Assembly: GCA_963770565.1 (NCBI GenBank)
Contig: CAVYQE010000007.1
Location: 1 to 64,000, forward strand
From: an uncultured Actinomycetota bacterium
GTDB taxonomy: Bacteria; Actinomycetota; Actinomycetes; JAFAQI01
DNA: 64,000 nucleotides
Reading direction: 5' to 3'
The notes beneath the pieces are model-generated. The model worked only from the letters and a program-made list of their open reading frames with translations. It searched no databases and was not told where the DNA came from. How positions within the stretch are numbered: position 1 is the stretch's first letter; each line of letters starts with the position of its first letter. Shown in pieces: positions 17,464-26,207 of this stretch. The translations under genes and the position numbers were made by a program.

Positions 17464-19815
17464 ATGTCGAATGACGCACCGCTTGGCGCGGCTACTGGTA
17501 CGACCCGGTGGCGAGCGTGCCTCGCCCTCGGCACGGCGGCGACTGTAGCCGTGACCCTCCTTGCGTTCGCTCCGGTGACGGCCGCCTCGGCTGCCGGGGG
17601 GTGGCAGCGTCAGGCGATCGCACAGGTCAGCGATCCGTACGGCAACCTCGGAGCGATCTCGTGTCCGTCCACTACCTTCTGCGAAGCGGTCGGAACTGTG
17701 ATCTCCTCCAACGGCAGCACCAGCGTGAGTCCGTTCGCCTCGTCGTGGAACGGCCACACCTGGAAGGTGCAGAAGCCTCCACCGTTCCCCGCAGGTGTGG
17801 CCGACGTCTCGTGCGTCTCGGCGAAGGCATGTCTTGCGGTCGGGACGTTCTATCCGTCCGGGTTGTCGGCTGCGACCGGAGCAACCGCTGCCACCTGGAA
17901 CGGCAAGCGATGGGCAAAGGTCAAGGTCCCGATCCCGTCCGACGTCAGCATCAGCAGGCTGTCCGCCGTCTCGTGCGTATCAGCAAAGTTCTGCATCGCG
18001 GTCGGATCTGGCTCGACCCGGTCGGCACAGGGGGTCACGCTCGTCGTCCGGTGGAACGGCGCGCGTTTCACGACGCTGGCCGTGCCGGTGCCGGCGAAGG
18101 CCATCGAGGCCGATTTGGACGGCATTTCGTGTACGGCGGCCTCCGCGTGTGTGGCAGTCGGAAGCGAAACAATCAGGCAGTCCGCGGGCGTGATCCAGAA
18201 GCCGCTGGCCGCGCTCTGGAACGGCAAGAAGTGGATCCTCTCGCCGCCGGCTGTCGCGACCAAGACGGTCGACGACGCGCTGGTGAGTGTCTCCTGCCGG
18301 ACGCGGACGTCGTGCCAGGCAGTCGGCACGGCGGGCACCAAGACCGCGGATCAGCCGCGCACCCTGGCCGAGCGGCTCTCCGGCCACCGCTGGACCGTCG
18401 AGAAGACGCCCGACGTGGCCGGGCGTACAGGCGACTCGCTCAGTGCCGTGCGGTGCACGTCCTCCACGGCGTGTACGGCGGTCGGCTACAGCAGCGACAA
18501 GTCACTGAACGCCGTACCGCTCACCGTCGTCTGGAACGGTCACTCCTGGTCGAGCCAGCGCGTGCCGCACCCGAGCGGCGTGCCCTCGAGCCAGCTGACT
18601 GGTCTGTCGTGCCCGACAACCAAGACCTGCTCTGCGGTCGGTGCCTCTTTCCCGGCCAACCTGCCGGCACTTGCCCTGGCCGAGCGCCGCAACGGGCACA
18701 GCTGGACGATCGAGAAGGCAGCCGAAGGCAAGATCCAGCCCGGCAACGCGCTGGCGTCGGTGTCGTGCCCGTCCGCGACGACCTGCGTCGCCGTCGGGCA
18801 GTACGAAGCGTTCGGTGTGCAGGAGACGAACTATCCACTTGTGGCGGTTCTGACCAACGGCACGTGGCGACTCAGCCGACCCGCCGTGCAGAAAAACGCG
18901 ACGGCAGGCGAGTTGGACGAGGTGTCGTGCGCTTCGACGACCTCCTGTCTGGCCCTCGGGTCCGTCACAGTTCCGGGCGGGCTACTAGGTACTCAGGTGA
19001 GCATTGCCGAGAGTTGGAATGGCACCTCCTGGTCCGTGATCTCGCCTCCTTCCCCTACGAGCATCGATGGGATCACGCTGTCCGGCGTCGCGTGCACGAC
19101 CGGTGGATGTCAGGTCGTCGGCCTCGGTTCCGACCAGAACTCGGGCTTGACCGTCCCGATCGCGGCCCGGTGGACCGGGAGTTCGTGGACCGAGCAGACC
19201 GCAGCCGTGCCCAGCGGCTCGACGTATGCCGACCTGCACGCCGTGAGCTGCCCAGCCGCGAACAACTGCACCGCGGTCGGCCAGTACTACGACGCGTCTG
19301 CCGATGCGCATCCGTTCGCGGAGGTGTGGAACGGCACCACCTGGCAGCTCCAGGCGATGCCTGACGTGACAGGTGGCTCGGACGTGGAGCCGACCGCGGT
19401 CGCCTGCCGGGCCGGTGGCAACTGCCTCGTGCTCGGTTCCGCCGACGACCAGGGCGAGGTCACCGATCAGACCTTCGGCTTTGTCGAAGCACGTAGCGGG
19501 TCGACCTGGTCGGCAGCGGCTACCTTGACCCCGCCCGGCGTCGTCGAGACGCTCGACGGATTCCCGACCACCGACCCCAGAGCGGTGGCCTGCCCGACCG
19601 ACTCGGCGTGCACGGTGGTCGGCGGGTACGACACCGGTGCCGGCGTGCCCAATCACTTCCTCACCGCGGAGTGGAGCAGTGGCGCCTGGTCCTACCACTC
19701 GGTGAGTGCACCGAGCACCGGGGAGCTCGATGGCCTGGCGTGCAGCGCGGCCGCGACCTGTTTGGCCGTGGGTGACGGCCTCGACGACGTCAACCTGGTC
19801 GAGACCGAAGGTTGA
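17464..19815 (+). CDS. Secreted protein with 14 Cys-pair repeats (probable double beta-propeller)
   Basis: Signal peptide ending ASA; 14 copies of (V/I)(S/A)C-x4-5-C-x-(A/V)VG, most followed by W(N/T)GxxW. Confidence 0.8.
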   Translation: MSNDAPLGAATGTTRWRACLALGTAATVAVTLLAFAPVTAASAAGGWQRQAIAQVSDPYGNLGAISCPSTTFCEAVGTVISSNGSTSVSPFASSWNGHTWKVQKPPPFPAGVADVSCVSAKACLAVGTFYPSGLSAATGATAATWNGKRWAKVKVPIPSDVSISRLSAVSCVSAKFCIAVGSGSTRSAQGVTLVVRWNGARFTTLAVPVPAKAIEADLDGISCTAASACVAVGSETIRQSAGVIQKPLAALWNGKKWILSPPAVATKTVDDALVSVSCRTRTSCQAVGTAGTKTADQPRTLAERLSGHRWTVEKTPDVAGRTGDSLSAVRCTSSTACTAVGYSSDKSLNAVPLTVVWNGHSWSSQRVPHPSGVPSSQLTGLSCPTTKTCSAVGASFPANLPALALAERRNGHSWTIEKAAEGKIQPGNALASVSCPSATTCVAVGQYEAFGVQETNYPLVAVLTNGTWRLSRPAVQKNATAGELDEVSCASTTSCLALGSVTVPGGLLGTQVSIAESWNGTSWSVISPPSPTSIDGITLSGVACTTGGCQVVGLGSDQNSGLTVPIAARWTGSSWTEQTAAVPSGSTYADLHAVSCPAANNCTAVGQYYDASADAHPFAEVWNGTTWQLQAMPDVTGGSDVEPTAVACRAGGNCLVLGSADDQGEVTDQTFGFVEARSGSTWSAAATLTPPGVVETLDGFPTTDPRAVACPTDSACTVVGGYDTGAGVPNHFLTAEWSSGAWSYHSVSAPSTGELDGLACSAAATCLAVGDGLDDVNLVETEG

Positions 19816-19870
19816 GCCGGCCACGATCGGATTGGTGAGTCGTTAGCCGAACCCCACTACTCGTAACGGG

Positions 19871-21055
19871 TCACGAACCGGTGAGCCGGCGGTGCTCGGC
19901 GTAGGTGTTCAGGCGGTTGACCGCTTCGTCTAGTACCTCGTCGCGCTTGCAGAACGCGAACCGTACGAACGGCGTACCGATGCCGGGCGTGTCGCAGAAG
20001 ACCCCGGTCGGGATCGCGATTACCCCTGCTTCGTGGGGCAGCGCGTGGGCGAACGCCTCGCCATCGGTGAGACCAAGAGCACGGACGTCGGCCTGGATGA
20101 AGTACGTGCCTTGGGGCCGGCTGACCGCCAGGCCGACTCGTTCGAGTCCGGCCGCGAGCCGGTCGCGGCGGGACTGAAGGGTCGCCCTCAGCTCGTCGAC
20201 CCACGCCATCTCGTGGTCGAGCGCGTAGGCCACCGCGACCTGCAGCGCGCCGCTGTGGGTGAAGGTGAGGAACTGCTTCACCGTGTTGACCGCCCGCACG
20301 AGCTCGGCCGGTGCGCACACCCAGCCGATCTTCCACCCGGTCACGTTGAACGACTTGCCGGCGCTCGAGATCGACACGGTCCGGTCTCGCATCCCCGGCA
20401 AGGTGGCGAGCGGGATGTGGGCGGTGCCGTCGTACGTGAGGTGTTCGTAGACCTCGTCAGTCACCGCGATCAGGTCGTGGTCGAGACAGACGTGTGCCAC
20501 CGCGTCGAGCTCCTCGCGCGAGAGCACCGTGCCGGTCGGATTGTGCGGGGAGTTCAGCAGGATCAGTCGGGTGCGCGCGCTGACCGCCGTACGCAGCTCG
20601 GCCGGGTCGAAGGCGAACCGTTCGCCGGGTGCAGCGGGCCGCAAGGGGACGGGGACGCGGACCCCGCCGGCCAGGCTGATCGCGGCGCTGTAGGAGTCGT
20701 AGTACGGCTCGAGCACGACGACCTCGTCGCCCGGTTCGCAGAGCGCGAGGATGGTCGCGCTGACCGCCTCGGTCGCGCCGACCGTGACCAGCACCTCACG
20801 GTCCGGGTCGTAGCTGAGCCCGTAGTAACACTGCTGGTGCGCGACGATCGCGGCGCGCAGCTCCGGCATCCCGGGGCCGGGCGGATATTGGTTGAGTCCG
20901 CCGCGCAGGCCCTCGACCGCGCGATCGAGCATCGCGGCCGGGCCGTCGGTGTCGGGGAAGCCCTGACCGAGGTTGATAGATCCGGTGGTCAGCGCGAGCG
21001 CGCTCATCTCCGCGAAGATCGTGGTGCCGTAGCTGCGCATCCGCTCGACCAGCAT
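19871..21055 (-). CDS. PLP-dependent class I aminotransferase (YbdL/DapC-like)
   Basis: INLGQGFPD, NQYPPG.G, GATEA, NSPHNPTG, DEVYEHL, SAGKSFNVTGWKIGW, RFAFCK. Confidence 0.93.
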   Translation of the reverse strand: MLVERMRSYGTTIFAEMSALALTTGSINLGQGFPDTDGPAAMLDRAVEGLRGGLNQYPPGPGMPELRAAIVAHQQCYYGLSYDPDREVLVTVGATEAVSATILALCEPGDEVVVLEPYYDSYSAAISLAGGVRVPVPLRPAAPGERFAFDPAELRTAVSARTRLILLNSPHNPTGTVLSREELDAVAHVCLDHDLIAVTDEVYEHLTYDGTAHIPLATLPGMRDRTVSISSAGKSFNVTGWKIGWVCAPAELVRAVNTVKQFLTFTHSGALQVAVAYALDHEMAWVDELRATLQSRRDRLAAGLERVGLAVSRPQGTYFIQADVRALGLTDGEAFAHALPHEAGVIAIPTGVFCDTPGIGTPFVRFAFCKRDEVLDEAVNRLNTYAEHRRLTGS

Positions 21056-21081
21056 GGCGTGCAGCGTAGTTGGATGGGGTC

Positions 21082-21882
21082 ATGCAGATCGCGGTCGTAC
21101 AGTTCGCCGCCGGGATGGACAAGCCGGCCAACCTCCGACGAGTTCGGGAGCTGGCAGAGCAGGCCGCCGACGCGGGCGCGCAGCTCGTGATCGCGCCGGA
21201 GGGCGCGATGCACGACTTCGGCCCGCCCGATGTCCCGCTCGCGCCGGTTGCCGAGTCGCTCGACGGCCCGTTCGTCGCCGGGCTCGCCGAGGTCGCGACC
21301 CGGCGCGGGATCACCGTGGTGGCCGGGATGTTCGAATCGGTCGACGGCGACCCGAGCCGCGCCTACAACACGGTCGTCGCGGTCGGGCCGGACGGTGAGC
21401 TGATCGGCCACTACCGCAAGCAGCACCTGTTCGACGCGCTCGGGTGGAAGGAATCCGACCGGCTGGTGGCCGGCCCGCCCGGCGACCGGCTGGTCTTCGA
21501 CTGCGGGGAGTTCCGGGTCGGTGTCCTCACCTGCTACGACATCCGCTTCCCCGAGCTGACTCGCGCGCTAGTCGACGACGGCGCGACCGTGCTGGCGATC
21601 CCGACCGCGTGGGTGGCCGGGCCGCTGAAGGCCAGGCAGTTCCGGACCCTCGCGACGGCGCGCGCGATCGAGAACGTCTGCTATCTCGCGGCCGCGGTCC
21701 AAGGCCCGCCGACCTACACCGCCGAGAGCTGCATCCTCGCGCCGTTCGGCGAAGTGGTCGCCGAGGTCGGCGGGATCGAGGGAATCGCGGTCGGCGACAT
21801 CTCGGCCCAGCAGGTCAAGAACGCCCGCGAACGGATGCCCTCGCTCGCGCATCGGCGCTGGCAGGTCGAACCGCTCGACTAG
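21082..21882 (+). CDS. Carbon-nitrogen hydrolase (Nit/omega-amidase family)
   Basis: E-K-C triad in APEG, YRKQHLFD, TCYDIRFPE; ARAIEN. Confidence 0.92.
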   Translation: MQIAVVQFAAGMDKPANLRRVRELAEQAADAGAQLVIAPEGAMHDFGPPDVPLAPVAESLDGPFVAGLAEVATRRGITVVAGMFESVDGDPSRAYNTVVAVGPDGELIGHYRKQHLFDALGWKESDRLVAGPPGDRLVFDCGEFRVGVLTCYDIRFPELTRALVDDGATVLAIPTAWVAGPLKARQFRTLATARAIENVCYLAAAVQGPPTYTAESCILAPFGEVVAEVGGIEGIAVGDISAQQVKNARERMPSLAHRRWQVEPLD

Positions 21883-22367
21883 CGGTTGCGCCGCCAGATC
21901 GCGGCGTTGAGCACGGCGACATAGCTGACCGCGGCCAGCGAGGGCAGCACCAGCGCCGCCGCCAGCCGGTGCCGCCGGCCGAACTCGGCGATCGTCAGGG
22001 CGATCGCGAGCCACAGCACACAGATCTCGATCAGCGCGAGCGCCGGGCGGCGCAGCCCGAAGAACAGCAGCATCCACGCCAGGCTCAGCCACAACTGCAC
22101 GGCGTACGAGGACAGTGCCGGTACGTCGACCGCGTCGCGGCTGTCCTCCGCGCGCCACAGCAGCCAGGCGCCGACCGCCTGGCTGGCCGCGACCACCGAC
22201 CACGCCGGCGCGAAGGCGGCGCCCGGGAGCGCCCAGCGCGGGGTGTCGAGATCGCGGTACCACTGATCGCCCAGCCCGATGATCATCGCGCCGCTGCCGG
22301 CCGCGGTGGCGACCCCCCCGAGCGAGCCGGCCAGGCCGATCGCGCGGGTGGTCTGGCTCGACGGCAT
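21879..22367 (-). CDS. tspO: TspO/MBR family membrane protein
   Basis: WY..L..P.W..P...F...W, QL.L...W..LFFG, A.LN..IW..N; CAGACT-N7-ATG start. Confidence 0.85.
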   Translation of the reverse strand: MPSSQTTRAIGLAGSLGGVATAAGSGAMIIGLGDQWYRDLDTPRWALPGAAFAPAWSVVAASQAVGAWLLWRAEDSRDAVDVPALSSYAVQLWLSLAWMLLFFGLRRPALALIEICVLWLAIALTIAEFGRRHRLAAALVLPSLAAVSYVAVLNAAIWRRNR

Positions 22368-22432
22368 GTCCGCGAGTCTGCCACCCGGCCTGCGCCGGCC
22401 CAACCGCCAACCGGGACAATGGAGGTCAAACG

Positions 22433-23350
22433 ATGGGAGCGAGCGTGTCAGAGATCAGTTTCGACAGCCGGGTGGCGATCGTCACCGGCTCGGGCGGCGG
22501 CCTCGGCCGCACCTACGCCCTCGAGCTGGCCCGACGGGGGGCGCGGGTGGTCGTCAACGACCTCGGCGGCTCGGTCAACGGCCAGGGCGGGAGCGACGCG
22601 GCCGCGCAGCAGGTGGTTGACGAGATCACCGCGGCGGGCGGCGAAGCGGTGCCGAACTACGACTCGGTGTCGACGCCGGAGGGCGGCGCGAGCATCGTCC
22701 AGACCGCGCTCGACTCCTTCGGCACCGTCGACGTGGTGATCAACAACGCCGGCATCCTGCGCGACAAGTCGTTCGCGAAGATGAGCTGGGACGACCTCGA
22801 CGCGGTCCTCGACACCCACCTCAAGGGTGCCTTTTACGTCTCGCAGCCGGCGTTTTCGGTGATGAAGGAGAAAGGCTACGGGCGATTCGTCTTCACCTCG
22901 TCCAACTCCGGTGTCTTCGGCAACTTCGGCCAGGCGAACTACGGGGCGGCGAAGATGGGCCTGGTCGGGCTCTCCAACGTCATTGCGATCGAGGGCGCCA
23001 AGTCCGGCATCCAGTCGAACGTGGTCTGCCCGGTCGCGGCGACCCGGATGACCGAGGACCTGCTGGGCGATTTCGCCAAGCAGGTCAGGCCCGAGCTGGT
23101 CACGCCGCTCGTCACCTTCCTCGCCTCGGAAGCCTGCCCGTTCACCCACGAGATGTTCTCGGCCGCGGGCGGTCGCTACGCCCGGATCTTCATCGGGTTG
23201 GTGCCGGGCTGGTACGCCGGCAAGGACCAGGTGCCCAGCGCCGAGGACGTCCTCGACAACCTGGCCCGGATCGAGGATCAGGACGGCTACATCGTGCCGA
23301 CCGCATCTTCGGACGAGCTCGGCCAGCTGCTCGGCCTGCTCGGCGGCTAA
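22433..23350 (+). CDS. SDR oxidoreductase (MFE-2/3-hydroxyacyl-CoA dehydrogenase-like)
   Basis: TGSGGGLG, VVNDLG, NNAGILRD, GNFGQANYGAAK. Confidence 0.93.
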   Translation: MGASVSEISFDSRVAIVTGSGGGLGRTYALELARRGARVVVNDLGGSVNGQGGSDAAAQQVVDEITAAGGEAVPNYDSVSTPEGGASIVQTALDSFGTVDVVINNAGILRDKSFAKMSWDDLDAVLDTHLKGAFYVSQPAFSVMKEKGYGRFVFTSSNSGVFGNFGQANYGAAKMGLVGLSNVIAIEGAKSGIQSNVVCPVAATRMTEDLLGDFAKQVRPELVTPLVTFLASEACPFTHEMFSAAGGRYARIFIGLVPGWYAGKDQVPSAEDVLDNLARIEDQDGYIVPTASSDELGQLLGLLGG

Positions 23351-24750
23351 CGGCCGCGCCCGAGCGGGTAGCTGGTCACGAGCAGTAGGCCTGAGCGGTC
23401 GCGCCGCAGCACCACGATCGCGTGCCGGATGAACTCGACCCGGCCATGCCGGTTGACCCCGAAGCCGACGTGGTACGGCGCCTGTAGGCGCAACCGCAAC
23501 GTTCCCGGCGCGCCGGCCTTGGTCCAGCGCTGGATGACGTCGGCGTGCGCGGAGAGGGTCTGCTTGACCACGTCCTGCGCGGTCGTCTCGTCCCAGTAGG
23601 TCGAGGCGATCCTCAACCTGCTGTTGCGCACCCGCAACAGCAGGTCATCTGCGGACTTCGACACGTGGCGACCCATGGTGTGGCCGGGCCCTTCGTTGAG
23701 CCGGAGGTCGATCTCACCGGACCGCAGCTCCCGCGCGGTCTGGCGCACGAGCGCCATCTCGTGCGCAATCGCCGGGTCGACGATGGTCCCCTGCCGGTGC
23801 AGCAGCCCGATCAGCGCCTCGCGCCGGTAGTCGCGTTCGGCCGGCCACAGCTCGCGCTCCCGCAGCTCGTCGCGGGCCAGCGTGCTTCCGCCGGCCAGGA
23901 CGAAGGTCTCCGAGAGGTCCAGCGGGCTGAAGCGGTGGTCCATCGCCTCCTCGACCCCCTCAGCGCCGGACCATGTGGTGCCCTCGACCAGGTGCGGCGC
24001 CGCGGCCCGCAGCGGGGCCGGGGCGCCGGACAGCCACTCCGAATCCTCGATCGCGGACGTCGCCTTGCCGGCGGCCGCGCCCGCGACGAACGCGATGCCA
24101 CCCGTCTCGGCGATCCGTCCCCACTTCAGCCTGCCGATCGTGAGCTCCTGCCAGACCGCGGTGCCGCCCGCGGCCCACTCGAACTGCAGCAGGTTCGGTA
24201 CGACGAACGACGCCAACGGCCGCAGCCAGGCCATGACGTCAAAGGCCGACTCGATCCCGGTCGCGGCGGCGAGGTCGGCGGCCGAGGCCGCTCCCGCGGC
24301 ATCGATCGCCCCGCCCACGGCCGCGGACGCCGCGGCTGCCTCGACCACCCCGGCCGCGCCGAGGGTCACCGTGATCGCGACCAACGAGACGGTGACCACC
24401 GCACCGATGACAAGCAGCTTGTGCAGCGAGAACCCGTGGTGATGGTGCGCTTTCTCGAGCCGGGCGGCGTACCTGTCCAGCTCGTCCGCCACCTCGTGCA
24501 ACTGCCGCACCGCGGTGCCGGCATTGCGCTGGAGCGACTCGAGCGGGGCATGGATCGCGCGCTGGCCGATCCCACGCCAACCGGTCGAGAGGTCCGCGAC
24601 GATGTGGGCCGCGGATCGTTGCGCACTCAGGATCGCGTCGGCCAGACCGCGGCAGGCCGTGGCCAACTGCCGCGCCGTCGCCGGGTCGCCGTTGATCTTC
24701 GGTACGACGTACGTCGTCGGCGCGGCGGGTGCCGCCGGCAGCGACCTCAC
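23347..24750 (-). CDS. WXG100-domain polymorphic toxin with C-terminal RNase A-like (CdiA-CT-type) domain
   Basis: N-terminal GDP...helical hairpin with WRG; hydrophobic segment LLVIGAVVTVSLVAITVTLG; C-terminal EGPGHTMGRHV...ASTY...IQRW...LVTSYP. Confidence 0.78.
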   Translation of the reverse strand: MRSLPAAPAAPTTYVVPKINGDPATARQLATACRGLADAILSAQRSAAHIVADLSTGWRGIGQRAIHAPLESLQRNAGTAVRQLHEVADELDRYAARLEKAHHHHGFSLHKLLVIGAVVTVSLVAITVTLGAAGVVEAAAASAAVGGAIDAAGAASAADLAAATGIESAFDVMAWLRPLASFVVPNLLQFEWAAGGTAVWQELTIGRLKWGRIAETGGIAFVAGAAAGKATSAIEDSEWLSGAPAPLRAAAPHLVEGTTWSGAEGVEEAMDHRFSPLDLSETFVLAGGSTLARDELRERELWPAERDYRREALIGLLHRQGTIVDPAIAHEMALVRQTARELRSGEIDLRLNEGPGHTMGRHVSKSADDLLLRVRNSRLRIASTYWDETTAQDVVKQTLSAHADVIQRWTKAGAPGTLRLRLQAPYHVGFGVNRHGRVEFIRHAIVVLRRDRSGLLLVTSYPLGRGR

Positions 24751-25028
24751 GGCCGGGGGACCGCGGTGGCATCGACCCGCGGGTAGTGCTCGGCGAGCGC
24801 GGTGAGAGCCCGGGCGAGCTGGGAGATGTCGCTGGTCACCGTGGCGACCGCATGCTCGGCGCGGTGAATCCCGGCCCGGGTCGACGCGGCCGACCGGTCG
24901 CCGAGGTCGGGCAGGCAGGCGTGGGCGTGGGCGGCGAACATCGAGCCGGCCTCGCCGAGGACGTCACTGCACCGCGTGAGCGCCTCGGCGGCGGCGCGCA
25001 GAGCGGGTGGCTGGATCGCGAGTTCCAT
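24747..25028 (-). CDS. 93-aa type VII secretion partner (WXG100/EspC-like helical hairpin)
   Basis: MELAIQPPALRAAAEAL... ending LAEHYPRVD (YxxxD); GTGA overlap with the toxin; CACACT-N8-ATG. Confidence 0.7.
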   Translation of the reverse strand: MELAIQPPALRAAAEALTRCSDVLGEAGSMFAAHAHACLPDLGDRSAASTRAGIHRAEHAVATVTSDISQLARALTALAEHYPRVDATAVPRP

Positions 25029-25069
25029 GGTCAGGCAGTGTGGCTGCGCGGCGCCGCCGTGCGCTCGCG

Positions 25070-25078
25070 TTGTCCACA
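25070..25078 (+). promoter_or_regulatory. Consensus actinobacterial DnaA box in a divergent promoter region
   Basis: TTGTCCACA at 25070-25078. Confidence 0.35.
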
Positions 25079-25094
25079 GGGCAGGATGTTCGCC

Positions 25095-26204
25095 ATGACG
25101 GTCGTGCGCGTGATCGGCGTCGTACTGGCCGTCTTGTTGATCGGGTCGACGACGATCAGCGTGATGCGGTCGCTGATCATCCCGCGAGCCAGCCTCGGCA
25201 TCATCGGTCGAGGTGTCGACACGGTCGTCGACAAGGTCTTCGTCGTGGTGACCCACCGGATGACCGAGTACAAGGACCGCGACACGATCCTGGCCGGCCA
25301 GGCCGCGGTCTACCTGCTGAGCCTGCTGGTCGTGTGGCTCGGCAGCTATCTCGTCGGCTTCGCGCTGCTGTTGTGGCCGAGCACGCACCACATCGGCCAC
25401 GCGTTCCGGGAGTCGGGATCGTCGATGTTCACCCTCGGGTTCCTGGCCCCGAGCGGCGGCGGCTCGACCGCTCTCGATGTGATCGAGGCCGGCCTCGGGC
25501 TGTTCGTCATCGCCGCACAGATCGGCTACCTCCCGACCCTGTACGCCGCGTTCAACCGGCGCGAGACCGAAGTCACGCTGCTTGGTGCGCGAGCGGGTTC
25601 GCCACCCTGGGGTCCCGAGCTGCTCGCGCGCACCAAGTGGGGGATCTACGGCGACCGCGACGACCTGCCGGGCTTCTACACGACCTGGGAGCGCTGGTCG
25701 GCCGACGTCGCCGAGAGTCACGCGAACTACCCGGTGCTGATGCGGTTCCGCTCGCCGCAGCCGCTGTCGTCGTGGCTGGTCGGCCTGCTGGCGGTGATGG
25801 ACTCGGCGGCGCTGTTGCTGGCGATCGCGCCGAGTCGTGACCGGCTCGAACCGCGGCTGTGCCTGCGGATGGGGTTCACCGCGTTGAGACACCTGGGCCG
25901 CTCGGTCGGGATCCCGTTCACCGAGGATCCGGACCCCGATTCCGAGATCCAGCTGACCTTCGAGGAGTTCGAAGTCGGTGTACAGCGGCTGATCGACGTC
26001 GGATTCGAGGTCGAGCGCACCGCCGCCGAGGCGTGGCCGCATTTTCGCGGCTGGCGGGTCAACTACGAGTCGATCGCCTACAACCTCGCCTACGCAACGG
26101 ATGCGGTCCCGGCCCTGTGGGCCGGGCCGCGCCGGTGGGCGCACGATCCGATGCCGCCGCTCCGGCCGCCGAGCCGGCTTCCGACCACCGGTACGTCGAC
26201 CTGA
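25095..26204 (+). CDS. Membrane protein with potassium-channel-like pore segment
   Basis: TM helices flanking AFRESGSSMFTLGF; YLPTLY.AF..RE, ESH..YPVL..FRS conserved tail; CAGGAT-N7-ATG. Confidence 0.7.
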   Translation: MTVVRVIGVVLAVLLIGSTTISVMRSLIIPRASLGIIGRGVDTVVDKVFVVVTHRMTEYKDRDTILAGQAAVYLLSLLVVWLGSYLVGFALLLWPSTHHIGHAFRESGSSMFTLGFLAPSGGGSTALDVIEAGLGLFVIAAQIGYLPTLYAAFNRRETEVTLLGARAGSPPWGPELLARTKWGIYGDRDDLPGFYTTWERWSADVAESHANYPVLMRFRSPQPLSSWLVGLLAVMDSAALLLAIAPSRDRLEPRLCLRMGFTALRHLGRSVGIPFTEDPDPDSEIQLTFEEFEVGVQRLIDVGFEVERTAAEAWPHFRGWRVNYESIAYNLAYATDAVPALWAGPRRWAHDPMPPLRPPSRLPTTGTST

Positions 26205-26207
26205 CGG

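Noticed and set aside
22448-23149. Minus-strand ORF downstream of the toxin as a candidate immunity gene
   Set aside because: It lies entirely antisense to the well-conserved SDR gene and has typical shadow-ORF composition.
24747-26144. 465-aa minus-strand ORF
   Set aside because: Mostly antisense to the channel-like gene; only the last 93 codons look like a real protein.
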